64,000 bases of DNA from an uncultured Acidobacteriota bacterium (GTDB lineage Bacteria; Acidobacteriota; JAQAZP01), in contig CAWIIB010000009.1 of the NCBI GenBank assembly GCA_963836075.1, positions 1,056,001-1,120,000 of the forward strand, in the 5' to 3' direction. Under the pieces are notes generated by a model. That model saw only the letters and a list, made by a program, of their open reading frames with translations, searched no databases and had not been told where the DNA came from. A program made the translations under genes and the position numbers. Of this stretch, positions 37,990 through 47,841 are shown one piece after another. Positions within the stretch are counted from its first letter, which is position 1; every line of letters begins with the position of its first letter.

Positions 37990-39840
37990 TCACTCCACCC
38001 GGTAGGCGGTGAGCCGGTTGTCGTAGAGCGAGGGGATGACCAGCAGTCCCTGTTCCGGCACATATTCGAGGTCGGCGCAGAAGAATCCCGGCGCGGTGCG
38101 GTTGAGAATCTCGGTTTTCTCGCCGGTGGCGGAGATGCGGAAGACCCGGCCGTTGAAGTCGGAAACGATGAAGCCGCCGGCCCCGTCACCGGCGATCCCG
38201 TCCATGATCGAGCCCTGGCCCAGCGAGGCCACGGTTTTCACCGACTTGTCTTCCAGGTTCACCGCCTTGAGGCTGCCGTCGCCGGAGTTGCCCACGATCA
38301 GCCGCTCGCCGTCGAAGCAGAGGCCGTTGGGGTCGCTGATCCCGGGGCCGCTGAGCCAGGCCTCGAAGGTGTCCCCGGCCTTGCGGTGGATGGTGCTGGT
38401 CCGGCTGTCCGAGATGTAGGCCCGGCCCTCGCCGTCAAAGGCCACGTCGTTGAGGAACTGGCCCCCGGGCACCGGGGCACGGCCCACCACCTGGGCGGTG
38501 TCGATGCTGATCTCCACCAGCCCGCTGCGGTCCACCACGAAGAGCGAATCGCCGCGCACCGCCATGCCGGTGGGCCTGGCCAGCCCCGAGACCCACTGCA
38601 GGTCGAGCACCGTGCCGGCCGGGCTGACCCGGGAGATGAACTCGTTACCCCCGCTGAAGAAGTTGGAGACGTAGAACACGTCCCGCTTCCGGTCGTAGAC
38701 CACCGACTCGGGGGTCTTGAAATGGCGGGCCAGCTCCCACTGCTCACTGACCCCCTCTCCCTGAAAGATCACGTCCGAGTCCTGGGCCATCACCCCCCAG
38801 CCGCCAAAAGTCTCCACCACCATCAGCATCAGCTCGTTTTCGCCTTTTTTCAGCGGCAGGTAGACCGCGTCGTGGAGACCGATGATCCCCTGGTACGAGG
38901 GGTTGCGCTGGCGGTAGGCCGCGCTGCCGGTGAAGAGGATCTCACCGTTGAGGAAGATGTTCACGGCGTCCGAGTAGCCGAAAGCCAGCTGGCGCAGGCC
39001 GTCCTCCTCGGCGGTGATGGTGGTCCGGGCAAAGACGGCGTCGATCTCGCGGTTGGGGCTGCGGGCCACGTGTCGCGAGATGTTGACCAGCCCGTTCGGC
39101 TCTGCGGTCACCGTCTGCCACTTGATTTTGGCCATGGTCTCGTCGTCGGGGTAGTTCTCCCGGTCCAGCTGGCTGGCCAGGAACTTCTGTGACAGCTCCC
39201 ACCGGGTGACCAGGCCCATGGGCGGCACCGGTTCAGGCGCCGGGTCGAACTGCAGATCGGCGTCGGGGTCGAAACGGAAGTTGGAGAAACGGGTGGCCGG
39301 GCCGCGGGAGCCGTTGAGCGCCAGGCCGCCGGCCTCCGGGTCGCGCTGCAGGTGAGTCACCACCAGGGCCGGCTGCTCCATGTTGTCGAAAAAGACCCGC
39401 ATCTGGCGGCCCCTGATCTCCAGCCTCACCGGGACCCAGCGGCCGGCCGGGATCTCCGCCGCGGCGATGTAGCCCTCGTGGTAGAGCTGCCAGCAGCTGA
39501 CCCCGCCGAACACCGGGGCATACTGCAGCGCTTCGGGCTTGGTGCTGTTGTGCGGGCGGATGTAGAAGTGCTCGTAGTCCCCCGGGCTCTGGCGGCGGAA
39601 GGAGAGGCCCCCGTAGTCCCGGGTGCCGTCGAGGGCCATCTCGAACTCGATGACGCCGTCGAGGAGCTGGACGTCCTTCAGCACCGCGCTGCCGGCCAGG
39701 GCGCTGCGCCCCAGGTGCTCCACCACCTGGGCCCCGGAGAGGTCCCAGTGCTCTTCGTCAAAGGGGATGATTTCTCCCGCGGATGCGGTGCAGAACGGGG
39801 TGGCGAGGATGATGGTCAGTATCAGGGAAAACCGTTTCAT
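37990..39840 (-). CDS. Secreted ConA-like (DUF1080-like) + SMP-30/gluconolactonase-like beta-propeller protein
   Basis: Signal peptide; TPESVVYD, PTGMAV, FLNDVAFD, DPNGL, MDGI, CADL. Confidence 0.7.
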   Translation of the reverse strand: MKRFSLILTIILATPFCTASAGEIIPFDEEHWDLSGAQVVEHLGRSALAGSAVLKDVQLLDGVIEFEMALDGTRDYGGLSFRRQSPGDYEHFYIRPHNSTKPEALQYAPVFGGVSCWQLYHEGYIAAAEIPAGRWVPVRLEIRGRQMRVFFDNMEQPALVVTHLQRDPEAGGLALNGSRGPATRFSNFRFDPDADLQFDPAPEPVPPMGLVTRWELSQKFLASQLDRENYPDDETMAKIKWQTVTAEPNGLVNISRHVARSPNREIDAVFARTTITAEEDGLRQLAFGYSDAVNIFLNGEILFTGSAAYRQRNPSYQGIIGLHDAVYLPLKKGENELMLMVVETFGGWGVMAQDSDVIFQGEGVSEQWELARHFKTPESVVYDRKRDVFYVSNFFSGGNEFISRVSPAGTVLDLQWVSGLARPTGMAVRGDSLFVVDRSGLVEISIDTAQVVGRAPVPGGQFLNDVAFDGEGRAYISDSRTSTIHRKAGDTFEAWLSGPGISDPNGLCFDGERLIVGNSGDGSLKAVNLEDKSVKTVASLGQGSIMDGIAGDGAGGFIVSDFNGRVFRISATGEKTEILNRTAPGFFCADLEYVPEQGLLVIPSLYDNRLTAYRVE

Positions 39841-39912
39841 TGCGCTGCTCCTTAATATATAGAGTCCTCTAATACTAACGGAGCAGCGCCGGATCGGTTC
39901 GGACAGTCGGCG

Positions 39913-40080
39913 CTACTTGTCAGCGTCGCGCCGCCAGCGTACAGCATTCACCAACGCTACCGCACCCAAGATCATGAAAAAGATCCCGCTGTACCAGCGT
40001 CGAAGGCCATCGGCATAACCAAACACGACCAACGCCACCACGATACAGAGGATTCCCAATACCAGGGCCAGTTTGTTCAT
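39913..40080 (-). CDS. Small two-TM membrane protein (55 aa; absent from the ORF track)
   Basis: GAGGAG RBS + MNKLALVLGILCIVVALVVFGYADGLRRWYSGIFFMILGAVALVNAVRWRRDADK*. Confidence 0.7.
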   Translation of the reverse strand: MNKLALVLGILCIVVALVVFGYADGLRRWYSGIFFMILGAVALVNAVRWRRDADK

Positions 40081-40148
40081 CGTATTTCTCCTCGATTCAT
40101 CTTTACTTACCTATACGCAGTGCATCCGGCGGATCTGCGTGACCTCCC

Positions 40149-42533
40149 CTACTCCTCCTCCAGCGGTGGGACAAAGCTCTCCACGCCCGGCCGGGGGGCG
40201 TCGCCGATCAGGTGCTCGGCAAAGTAGTCCCAGACCATGCCGTAGAGGTAGCGCCAGCCGCCCAGGCCATGATCCGCTCCGGGAACCATGAACATGTCGA
40301 AGCGCTTGCCGGCCTTGATCAGGGCGTCGGCCATGCGGAAGAGGTGGGCCGGATGGACATTGTCGTCCTGGGCCCCGTAGATCATCAGCAGTTTGCCCCG
40401 AAGCTGGTCCGCCAGCTCCACGTTGCCTTCGGCGCCAGCCTCCCAGCGCTCGGCGCCGTCCTCACCGGTGACCTTCTTCACTCCCCTGTAACGCTCGACC
40501 CAATGGTCGTAGTAGATGTTGGGTTCGTTTGGCGCGCTCATGGCCACCCCCACCTTCCAGAAGTCGGGGTCCACCAGCATGGCCGAGACGGTCATGAAAC
40601 CACCCGAGGAGCCGCCGAAGATACCCGTCCGCTGGATGTCGATCCAGGGGTGCTGCTCGGCCAGCTGCTCGATCACCGTCCGTTTGTCGGCCAGGCCGTA
40701 GTCGCGAAACTGCTCCCGCCCGTACTCGCGGTAGACCAGGCCGCGCTTGGGCGTGCCGCCCCGGTTGCCGAAGCGGACCACCACGATCCCCAGCTGGGCC
40801 ATGGTGGCCTCGGCGGAGATGGGGTTGAAGGCCTGCTGGATGTATTCGTCCTGGCGGCCGGGGTAGACCCGGGTGGCGATGGGATATTTTTTTTCGGGAT
40901 CGAAGTCGTGGGGCTTCCAGATCACCCCCCACTGCTCGGTGATCCCGTCGGCCGACAGCGCCTTGAAAACTTCCGGCGGTTTCCAGCCGGCTTCCACCAG
41001 CTTGCTGATGTCTGCAGTCTCCAGATCGACGAGCAGCCTGCCCTCCATGTCGCGCAGCAGACAGTAGGTGGGCTGGTCCACCCGCGAGCAGTTGTCGATG
41101 AAGCAGGTTTTCCCGGGAGCGAGAATGACCTGGTGCTCGGCATCCTCGGGGGTGAGCAGCTTCAGCCCCGTGCCGTCGTAGTTCACCCGGTAGAGGTGGG
41201 TGTAGTAGGGGTTGCGGCCCTTTCCCCGGCCGCAGCCGGTGAAGTAGATCACCTTTTTCTCCCCGTCCACCCCCAGCACGGCCTCCACGGTCCAGGCCCC
41301 GATGGTCACCTGGTTCAGCAACCGGGCCGCGGCGTCGTAGTGGTAGAGGTGGCCCCAGTTGTCGCGCATCGACCACCAGAGATAGCCCTCGCCGCCCGGC
41401 AGCTCCACCGGCTCCTGGATGTAGACCATGCCCTCGATCCGCTCCTCCAGCAAGGTCTGCGCCAGGCCGCTGGCCGGGTCGGCGGCACAGACGTCGACCT
41501 TCATGAAGTCGCGGCTGCGACGGGGGAAGAAGAGCGTCGACGAGTCGCCGCCCCACCAGAGGGTGGAGACGAACAGGTCGTCCAGCCGCTGGTCCTCGAA
41601 GCGGTCGGCCTGGACGCGGACCATCCGCTGGTCATTCCGGTGCCAGATCCAGATCTCCCACTGGGGCAGGTTCTCGCCGGGGAACGGGCACTTGTAGGTT
41701 TTCAGCGTGGGCCGCGGCTGAGCCAGGTGGTCCACCAGCCAGAGATCCCCCACCTCCCGCACGTCGGCCCGCAGGATGGCGAACTTGCTCGAGTCGGCGC
41801 ACCAGGCGGCCGGCACGTGGCGCCGCTCGGTGTCGTTGTCCTTGACCAGGTCCCATTCCATACCCCAGCTGAGGCCATACGCCCCGTCACTACTGATCTG
41901 CTTCTCCGTGCCGTCGGGATCGGCCGGGTCGCAGACATGAAGGTTGTTGCCCCGGGCGTAGACACAGAGCGCCCCGTCCGGCGAGCGGTTCTCCCACTCT
42001 TCGGGGCCGGAGGCCGGCTCGTCGGCTTCAACCGCTCGGAGACTGTCCTCCACCGGGTCGTACTCGTAGGATGCCTCACCCAGGCTGAAATGGATCAGCC
42101 CGCCTTCGAGGGTGAGTCCGGCCAGGTCGAGCATGGTCCCATCGTGCTCTTCGCCGGTCAGCTTGCCCAGGGTTGCGGCCAGCTTCATCCGGTCGAACAG
42201 CGGGTGCTGTTCTTTCTTTGCCGGGTCCACCAGCAGGTAGTGGCGGCCATCGGCCCGCAGGTAGCGATACCAGAAACGGTCACCCTCCGGCAGCCAGTTG
42301 GGGATGATGTCGGTGCTCAGCATCAACTCGTGGGTCCTGTGGGGCAGCCACTTCTCGGCCAGTTCCCAGTTTGCTGTTGCGACTCTCCGTGCACCGGCTT
42401 CATCGGCCAGCAGGAAACCGGCGCAGATGGCGCTGAACAGTACGATCATCAGCAGGACCTGCCAGGCCGGCGGCAGCCGGCGGCCATTGCGGTTACCCGG
42501 GTGTGTGTCTTCAATCATGGCCTGCATCCTCAC
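40149..42533 (-). CDS. S9B dipeptidyl peptidase IV-like
   Basis: DPP IV N-terminal propeller; GIFGGSSGGF nucleophile; GAQDDNVH; HG. Confidence 0.88.
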   Translation of the reverse strand: MRMQAMIEDTHPGNRNGRRLPPAWQVLLMIVLFSAICAGFLLADEAGARRVATANWELAEKWLPHRTHELMLSTDIIPNWLPEGDRFWYRYLRADGRHYLLVDPAKKEQHPLFDRMKLAATLGKLTGEEHDGTMLDLAGLTLEGGLIHFSLGEASYEYDPVEDSLRAVEADEPASGPEEWENRSPDGALCVYARGNNLHVCDPADPDGTEKQISSDGAYGLSWGMEWDLVKDNDTERRHVPAAWCADSSKFAILRADVREVGDLWLVDHLAQPRPTLKTYKCPFPGENLPQWEIWIWHRNDQRMVRVQADRFEDQRLDDLFVSTLWWGGDSSTLFFPRRSRDFMKVDVCAADPASGLAQTLLEERIEGMVYIQEPVELPGGEGYLWWSMRDNWGHLYHYDAAARLLNQVTIGAWTVEAVLGVDGEKKVIYFTGCGRGKGRNPYYTHLYRVNYDGTGLKLLTPEDAEHQVILAPGKTCFIDNCSRVDQPTYCLLRDMEGRLLVDLETADISKLVEAGWKPPEVFKALSADGITEQWGVIWKPHDFDPEKKYPIATRVYPGRQDEYIQQAFNPISAEATMAQLGIVVVRFGNRGGTPKRGLVYREYGREQFRDYGLADKRTVIEQLAEQHPWIDIQRTGIFGGSSGGFMTVSAMLVDPDFWKVGVAMSAPNEPNIYYDHWVERYRGVKKVTGEDGAERWEAGAEGNVELADQLRGKLLMIYGAQDDNVHPAHLFRMADALIKAGKRFDMFMVPGADHGLGGWRYLYGMVWDYFAEHLIGDAPRPGVESFVPPLEEE

Positions 42534-43420
42534 TCTCCCTTCTCTCCCGTCGGGCTGTCGCCCGACATGCCGGGGAAGAACTCCACCAGGTCCTTGAAGC
42601 CCAGGTCGCCGCCTGGAGGAAAGAGATCTTCGGTCCGCTTGTATTCGCTGCGCAGTTCATCCACGGATGACGCCTGCTCCAGCAGCGGCCGGAAGGAGTA
42701 GTTGTGGAGGTCGGAGTTGATGTAGCTGTAAAAGGCGCGGGCCAGAAAGAGGTTCGCGCTCCAGATCGCTTCGTACACCCCTTTCTGGTCCTGGGAGATG
42801 TGGGCCAGCAGGAACTGCCGGCCGTCCACGAAGAGGGCCATCCACTGGGAGTTCCAGGTGTCCATGTTGGACTCGCCAAACGGGCTGTGGATCATCCGGG
42901 CCCCCTCCAGCGTTTCGCCGGTGTAGGTGCGTACCGAGATGTCGATGCCGCGGGCGGCCGCCGCTTCCACCGGCTGGCGCAGCCGCTTGCAGGGACCGGG
43001 GAACAGTTCGGCCAGGGCCCGCTCCTTGCACTCGCGCAGCATCACCCGGAAGCGCTCGTAGACCTGGTCCACCGAGGTCAGGCGGTAGATGCCGGTGTCC
43101 ACCGGGCTGAGCGGCAGGCGGTTCACCGCGGCCACCGCCTTGCGCCGCTGTTCGGCAAAGCGGGTTTCCAACTGGTCCATCAGCTCGTCCACCGGCACCG
43201 CCCGGGAGAGCTTGCTCTCGCTCTCGTCCACCAGGATCGCCCCCCGGGCCTGCAGGGCGGCCAGCGCCTTGTAGGTGTTGGTGAACGACCGCCCGATGCC
43301 CTTGGCGATCTTGTAGCCGGTGGCCGGGGAGTGCTGGAGCAGAAAGACGTAGATCTCCGCTTCCAGGGTGGTGAACCCCAGCTCGTTGATGATCCCGATG
43401 ATTTCCTGTTTGCTGTCCAT
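42530..43420 (-). CDS. TrmB-family transcriptional regulator
   Basis: LGFTTLEAEIYVFLL..SPATGYKIAK; overlaps the peptidase start. Confidence 0.85.
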   Translation of the reverse strand: MDSKQEIIGIINELGFTTLEAEIYVFLLQHSPATGYKIAKGIGRSFTNTYKALAALQARGAILVDESESKLSRAVPVDELMDQLETRFAEQRRKAVAAVNRLPLSPVDTGIYRLTSVDQVYERFRVMLRECKERALAELFPGPCKRLRQPVEAAAARGIDISVRTYTGETLEGARMIHSPFGESNMDTWNSQWMALFVDGRQFLLAHISQDQKGVYEAIWSANLFLARAFYSYINSDLHNYSFRPLLEQASSVDELRSEYKRTEDLFPPGGDLGFKDLVEFFPGMSGDSPTGEKGE

Positions 43421-43777
43421 TGGGTCCCACCGTGGGAAAGAAAAGAAAATGAGGTCCCGTCCCATTTTCTTTTCTTTATTATTAATCTATAGGATGAATA
43501 TAATGGGGAGCGATCATTTTGTCAATTGGAAATAGCGGATACCTGGAGAACGGGACAGGCCGGTTGCAGGAGTCTGGGTGATATTTCCAGCCAGAGCCGG
43601 GTAGATGTGAGGTAGCCGGCTGATGACGTGGTCGTTGGGCGACTTACCAGTGCCGCATACAGTAGATCGTGCCGAGAATCCAGGCGGGAACCACAGCGCT
43701 GATGAATACGGCTCTGGTCACCGTTGGTGGCCATACCCGTCCCGGCATTTTCCGTAGGCCGGAACGGTCAATTCACA

Positions 43778-44251
43778 TTACCCATACGCATATGACACCA
43801 GAAGAGATGCCCGCACTGCTGACGGCTCATAGACGATAAGCAGGTATTCGAAGGAGGAGCCGCTTTTCAGCCTGAGTGCGGGGGGCCGTCCGAGAACCAC
43901 CCAGGCCTGCGGGCCATCCGGGCCGCCATTTTCGAAGCATGATGGTGAGACCTCTTTGAGGCGATTCAGCAGGGCCAGGTGATTCGGCTGGTCCCGGTCA
44001 AGCTCTTCGAGGCCGAGATGCTCGACGAGAGAAGCGACTTCCTCTCTCGTCAGCTCAATTTCACATCGGCCATCCCGCGTCGTATCGATCATTGAACAGT
44101 GCTCGGGAGTGCGGCCCTCGATCCCGCAACTGTTCAGCAGGGATGTGATGTCCGCCTCCAGTGCCGAACGGTTCAGCGCGTTCCAGGTCCTCCCGCAGGC
44201 CGCCACCATTACCGAGGATGCGATCAGCACCAGCAGAAGGAAGGTCTTCAT
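43778..44251 (-). CDS. Hypothetical lipoprotein-like protein
   Basis: MKTFLLLVLIASSVMVAAC lipobox-like; ATGA-coupled to doxX. Confidence 0.55.
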   Translation of the reverse strand: MKTFLLLVLIASSVMVAACGRTWNALNRSALEADITSLLNSCGIEGRTPEHCSMIDTTRDGRCEIELTREEVASLVEHLGLEELDRDQPNHLALLNRLKEVSPSCFENGGPDGPQAWVVLGRPPALRLKSGSSFEYLLIVYEPSAVRASLLVSYAYG

Positions 44252-44658
44252 GACAGTTTTTCATCCAGCGAGAACTTGCCCGGGCCGATGAACAACAGAC
44301 TGAAAAAGAGAATGGCCGCTTCCAGGGCATGGGAATACTTCATGAACGGGTCACCCGCATTCAGATGCATCAGGGTGGCCACCACCATGGTGCAGAAGAG
44401 GAAGAAGCATGCCGGCCGGGTGAACAACCCCAGCACCAGGAACAATCCGCCGAGGAATTCGGAGAGGGCGGCCATGAAGCCGAAGACGGGCAGGGCGAAG
44501 GTGATCCCAGTGAACGACAATGCCCCGCCGATCCGGACCCATGCTTCCGGCCCCGCGGCCAGTTTGGGGAAACCGTGGCAGATGAACGCCACTCCGATGC
44601 CGATCCTCAGGATGAGAAGACCGAAATTGCGATACTTGTTGAGCTTGTGAAAGATCAT
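44248..44658 (-). CDS. DoxX family membrane protein
   Basis: LLILRIGIG..FICHGFPKL, SEFLGG, LGLFTR, GPGKFSLD. Confidence 0.9.
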   Translation of the reverse strand: MIFHKLNKYRNFGLLILRIGIGVAFICHGFPKLAAGPEAWVRIGGALSFTGITFALPVFGFMAALSEFLGGLFLVLGLFTRPACFFLFCTMVVATLMHLNAGDPFMKYSHALEAAILFFSLLFIGPGKFSLDEKLS

Positions 44659-44678
44659 GACGATCTCCCTTTCTTTTT

Positions 44679-44921
44679 TCAGAAGGAACCTAAAGTTGTT
44701 GGAGCGCAATAGTAGATGGCGATTCCAGCAATGATCAACCCCACAACTGTGGAAATCACGCGATTTATTTTTTTGAATCTGGCCGGAGGAAAGCGATCTT
44801 CAAGGTGAAGTCGTGGGGCCCAGAGGGACCAGGTGAGCAGCTTGAGGCACACGACGTAACCTGCGATCCAGGCCAGGGCCACCAGGAGTGTCAGCGCAAG
44901 TATCGGACGGACGATATTCAC
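44679..44921 (-). CDS. Small two-TM hypothetical protein
   Basis: GTG start after the DUF418 stop; VNIVRPILALTLLVALAW...VVGLIIAGIAIYY; co-oriented within the gene run. Confidence 0.5.
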   Translation of the reverse strand: MNIVRPILALTLLVALAWIAGYVVCLKLLTWSLWAPRLHLEDRFPPARFKKINRVISTVVGLIIAGIAIYYCAPTTLGSF

Positions 44922-44929
44922 CTGATCCC

Positions 44930-46165
44930 CTATCCTTCCTGCTTGAACGGCTGCCGTTTCCAGTAGGTCAGGCTGCGCCAGAGCCACTCCAGCGGGCCGA
45001 AGCGGAAGCGCTGCAGCCAGAGCGGTGAGATGACGAGGATCACCGTCCAGACGCTGAGCACCACCACCAGCTGCCCCGCCCGCTCCACCTTGCAGTAAAG
45101 CCCCAGGCCGTGGCCGTAGAAGATCAGTGTGCAGATCACGGTCTGCAGGATGTAGTTTGTGAAGGCCATCCGGCCCACCGCGGCAAAGAGTGTCCAGAGC
45201 CGCAGGCCGGGGAGGATCTTGTAGAGCCACATCGCCAGGCCGATATACCCGGCGGAGATGAACAACGACCCCACGTAGTTGTACTGCAGGCCGAAGAACC
45301 AGGAATACTCGAAGACCCAGTCATGGGCGAACTGCTGGCGGATGCCGTAGAGCGTCAACGGGATGCCGATGTGAAAGCCGACGAGAGCCATCACCGCGTA
45401 AAACCTGCGGGAGCGCCGGGCCGAAAGCACCCCCCACTTGTAGAGCGCCATGCCCACCAGCATCAGCCCGCCGGCCCGCCAGGCGGACCAGAAGAGGAAG
45501 GCCTGGGTCTGAATCATCAGCGCCGAGATCCAGCGAACCGACATCTGGGACATGAACCCGCCCCGGTACGCCGTGATCTCCCTGGTCATCATGGCTTCGT
45601 TGGGTTGCCACAATCCGATTCTCATCCCCTCCACCTGCTCCGGCGGCCAGAACTGCACCGACCAGCCCATGAAGATGTTGAGCGCGAAGCAGACGGAGAT
45701 GGAGAGGAGGCCCAGGGTCAGCAGCCAGCCGGGCCGCAGCCGCCGGAAAAGGTAGACCACGAAGGCGCAGCAGGCATAGGCCACCAGGATGTCGCCATAC
45801 CACATCAGGTAGGCGTGGAGCATGCCGAAGACGAAGAGCCAGAAGGTGCGGCGGTAGTGATATTCGGCCGGACTCTGCTCCTTGGCCAGGCAGCGCTCGG
45901 AGAAGATGACGATGCCGGCGCCGAAGAGCAGGGAGAAGATGGTCATGAACTTCTGATCGGCGAAGACGTGGAGGAGAGACCAGACTGTCTTATGAATTCC
46001 GGTGAAGTCGCCCCAGGAGGTGGGGTTGAAGTAGGCCGACCCGATCATCGAGAAACTCGAGATGTTCATCAGCAGGATACCCAGGACGGCGATGCCGCGC
46101 AGGATGTCGAGCGAGTGGATCCGTTCATCCAGGGTGACCGGTCCGGCTTCAGTGGTGGCTGTCAA
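44930..46165 (-). CDS. DUF418 (YeiB-like) membrane protein
   Basis: RIHSLDILRGIAVLGILLMN, KFMTIFSLLFGAG, WYGDIL, GRMAFTNYILQ, GPLEWLWRSLTY. Confidence 0.9.
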   Translation of the reverse strand: MTATTEAGPVTLDERIHSLDILRGIAVLGILLMNISSFSMIGSAYFNPTSWGDFTGIHKTVWSLLHVFADQKFMTIFSLLFGAGIVIFSERCLAKEQSPAEYHYRRTFWLFVFGMLHAYLMWYGDILVAYACCAFVVYLFRRLRPGWLLTLGLLSISVCFALNIFMGWSVQFWPPEQVEGMRIGLWQPNEAMMTREITAYRGGFMSQMSVRWISALMIQTQAFLFWSAWRAGGLMLVGMALYKWGVLSARRSRRFYAVMALVGFHIGIPLTLYGIRQQFAHDWVFEYSWFFGLQYNYVGSLFISAGYIGLAMWLYKILPGLRLWTLFAAVGRMAFTNYILQTVICTLIFYGHGLGLYCKVERAGQLVVVLSVWTVILVISPLWLQRFRFGPLEWLWRSLTYWKRQPFKQEG

Positions 46166-46539
46166 TATCCGTCCCTCCCCGCGTCAATGGTATTTCTGTC
46201 TGAAGATTTCCGGGCCTTCCAGCGGCGGTGAACCAGCGCGATCAGAATCATCAGGGCCGCCGTGCCCAGGATAATCCAACGGGTGAGCGGATCCACAAAG
46301 AACAGATACGCAACGGCGGCGAGCACAAGCAGACCCACAGCGATATTGTAGATTTGTGACACCCTGCTGATAGCGGTCACGGCCGTGTCTGCTATTTTAA
46401 GGGATTCCGGTTCGATTGGTTCATAGGGCGGGATGGTCTGATCGTTCTTCCGCTCTTCCTCCTTTTTGCGGGCGCGTGCCCGGAGAAGCAGAATAACGGT
46501 TACGAGCATGCCCAGTGCGCTGACATATTCATTCTTCAT
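46162..46539 (-). CDS. Hypothetical membrane protein
   Basis: Three hydrophobic segments; overlaps the DUF418 start. Confidence 0.55.
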   Translation of the reverse strand: MKNEYVSALGMLVTVILLLRARARKKEEERKNDQTIPPYEPIEPESLKIADTAVTAISRVSQIYNIAVGLLVLAAVAYLFFVDPLTRWIILGTAALMILIALVHRRWKARKSSDRNTIDAGRDGY

Positions 46540-46554
46540 CTGTTTTCAAGGTCC

Positions 46555-47148
46555 CTATTGCTGCTCCTCCTCCGACATCAGGGCCCCGCAGTTCGAGCAG
46601 TATTTGACAAAAGAACCATGGAGTGTCCCGCACTCGCTGCAGGTCAGAGATTCTTCAAAGAGCGGGCTCTGGTATCTGCAGCCGAAGACCCGCCACTGAT
46701 CACCGTACTTTTTCATTGAGACAACCAGGGTCACCGCACCGTTATCGTAATTGGCGCGAAAGGTGAGAACTGCGGTGCGGCCCTCGCTGGTGGATGCGTT
46801 CTGGGCGACCTGGATGAACTTCAACGACTTTCGGTTTCCCAGGACTTGTGTACACGTCGCGTAGTAGGTCTCGAACTGCTCGAAAGACTGTATCTCTGAC
46901 CAGTCCTTGCCGATCTCCTGGTAGGCGGCCTCGTACTGACCGGACTCGGCGAGCCGGATGAATTTCTCCGCCACCGGCCGAAGATCTGATTTTCCGTGAT
47001 AGTAGGCCCACATGAACAGGCAGGTGACGATGATAATCAGCCCAAGGCAGCCAAGACAGCCAATACCGAGACTGTTCTGCACCAGGCTGGATTTCCTGCG
47101 GGCTGGATCGTGCTGCCCGAACCCGTGAGCGTCGTAATCTTCAGTCAT
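46555..47148 (-). CDS. Membrane-anchored NTF2/DUF4019-like protein with a C-terminal zinc ribbon
   Basis: GIGCLGCLG TM; AEKFI..AESGQYEAAY; CSECG...YCSNCGA. Confidence 0.6.
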   Translation of the reverse strand: MTEDYDAHGFGQHDPARRKSSLVQNSLGIGCLGCLGLIIIVTCLFMWAYYHGKSDLRPVAEKFIRLAESGQYEAAYQEIGKDWSEIQSFEQFETYYATCTQVLGNRKSLKFIQVAQNASTSEGRTAVLTFRANYDNGAVTLVVSMKKYGDQWRVFGCRYQSPLFEESLTCSECGTLHGSFVKYCSNCGALMSEEEQQ

Positions 47149-47279
47149 ATGCTGGAGTTTCTCCCGGCGGCATACGTCTTGACACCCACCCCACTGGTGG
47201 GCAGAATAGCTCCAGTTTTCATTCCGGGCAATTGCCCGGCTTTCCGCAACCATACCAGATTCACCGAAAGGACGTCACC

Positions 47280-47753
47280 ATGTTTACCCGCATTGCCGCA
47301 CCGATTCTCCTCCTTCTCTTCCTTCTTTCCTGTTTTTCCGCCCCGGTTCAGGCCGGCGACGACAAGCGCATGGAGCGGATGGAAATCGCCATGAAGGCCG
47401 AGGCCAAGGAACCGGTGGAGACGGTGGCTGATCTGCCCGCCCCGCCGGCCAGCGAGGCCGTGACCCTGGCCGACCTGCCCGAGGAGCCGGCAGGGCTGCT
47501 GACCATGATGTATCAGTGGGAAGAAGGCGACCCGCTCTATCTCAGCACCGCCTCCATGGGCGAAATTCAGAATTTTTATGCCGACGAGCTGGCCAAGCGG
47601 GGGTATTCCGGCAACCCGCAGCTGGATGAAAACGGCAAGCCGATCTCCCCGGCCTTTACCTACGGCTGTGACCTGGGCGCCATCCGGATCGTGGCCGCTG
47701 ACGATGCCGTGCCGGGCAAGACCCTGGTGGCGGTGATCATCGTTGCTCCTTAG
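47280..47753 (+). CDS. Hypothetical secreted protein
   Basis: AAAGGA RBS; signal peptide ending VQA. Confidence 0.6.
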   Translation: MFTRIAAPILLLLFLLSCFSAPVQAGDDKRMERMEIAMKAEAKEPVETVADLPAPPASEAVTLADLPEEPAGLLTMMYQWEEGDPLYLSTASMGEIQNFYADELAKRGYSGNPQLDENGKPISPAFTYGCDLGAIRIVAADDAVPGKTLVAVIIVAP

Positions 47754-47762
47754 GGAATCGTT

Positions 47763-47825
47763 GGGGACGTACATAAAAAGTATAACTAGCTCCAAGAGCT
47801 AGTTATACTTTTTATGTACGTCCCC
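47763..47825. repeat. Perfect 30-bp AT-rich inverted repeat with GGGGAC/GTCCCC ends, between convergent genes
   Basis: GGGGACGTACATAAAAAGTATAACTAGCTC-caa-GAGCTAGTTATACTTTTTATGTACGTCCCC. Confidence 0.9.
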
Positions 47826-47841
47826 TCTTCTGTTACCAGAC

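Noticed and set aside
40212-42701. Long antisense ORFs (e.g. 829 aa here; also 3568..5508, 47902..49362, 50046..51407)
   Set aside because: Shadows of GC-rich codon usage on the opposite strand of well-supported genes; no motifs.
43600-43720. Two CTGATGA motifs suggesting a hammerhead ribozyme
   Set aside because: No correctly placed GAAA core or supporting stems found.
43778-47148. Run of short co-oriented genes as an integron cassette array
   Set aside because: Genes overlap or are separated by only a few bases, leaving no room for attC sites; no integron integrase.
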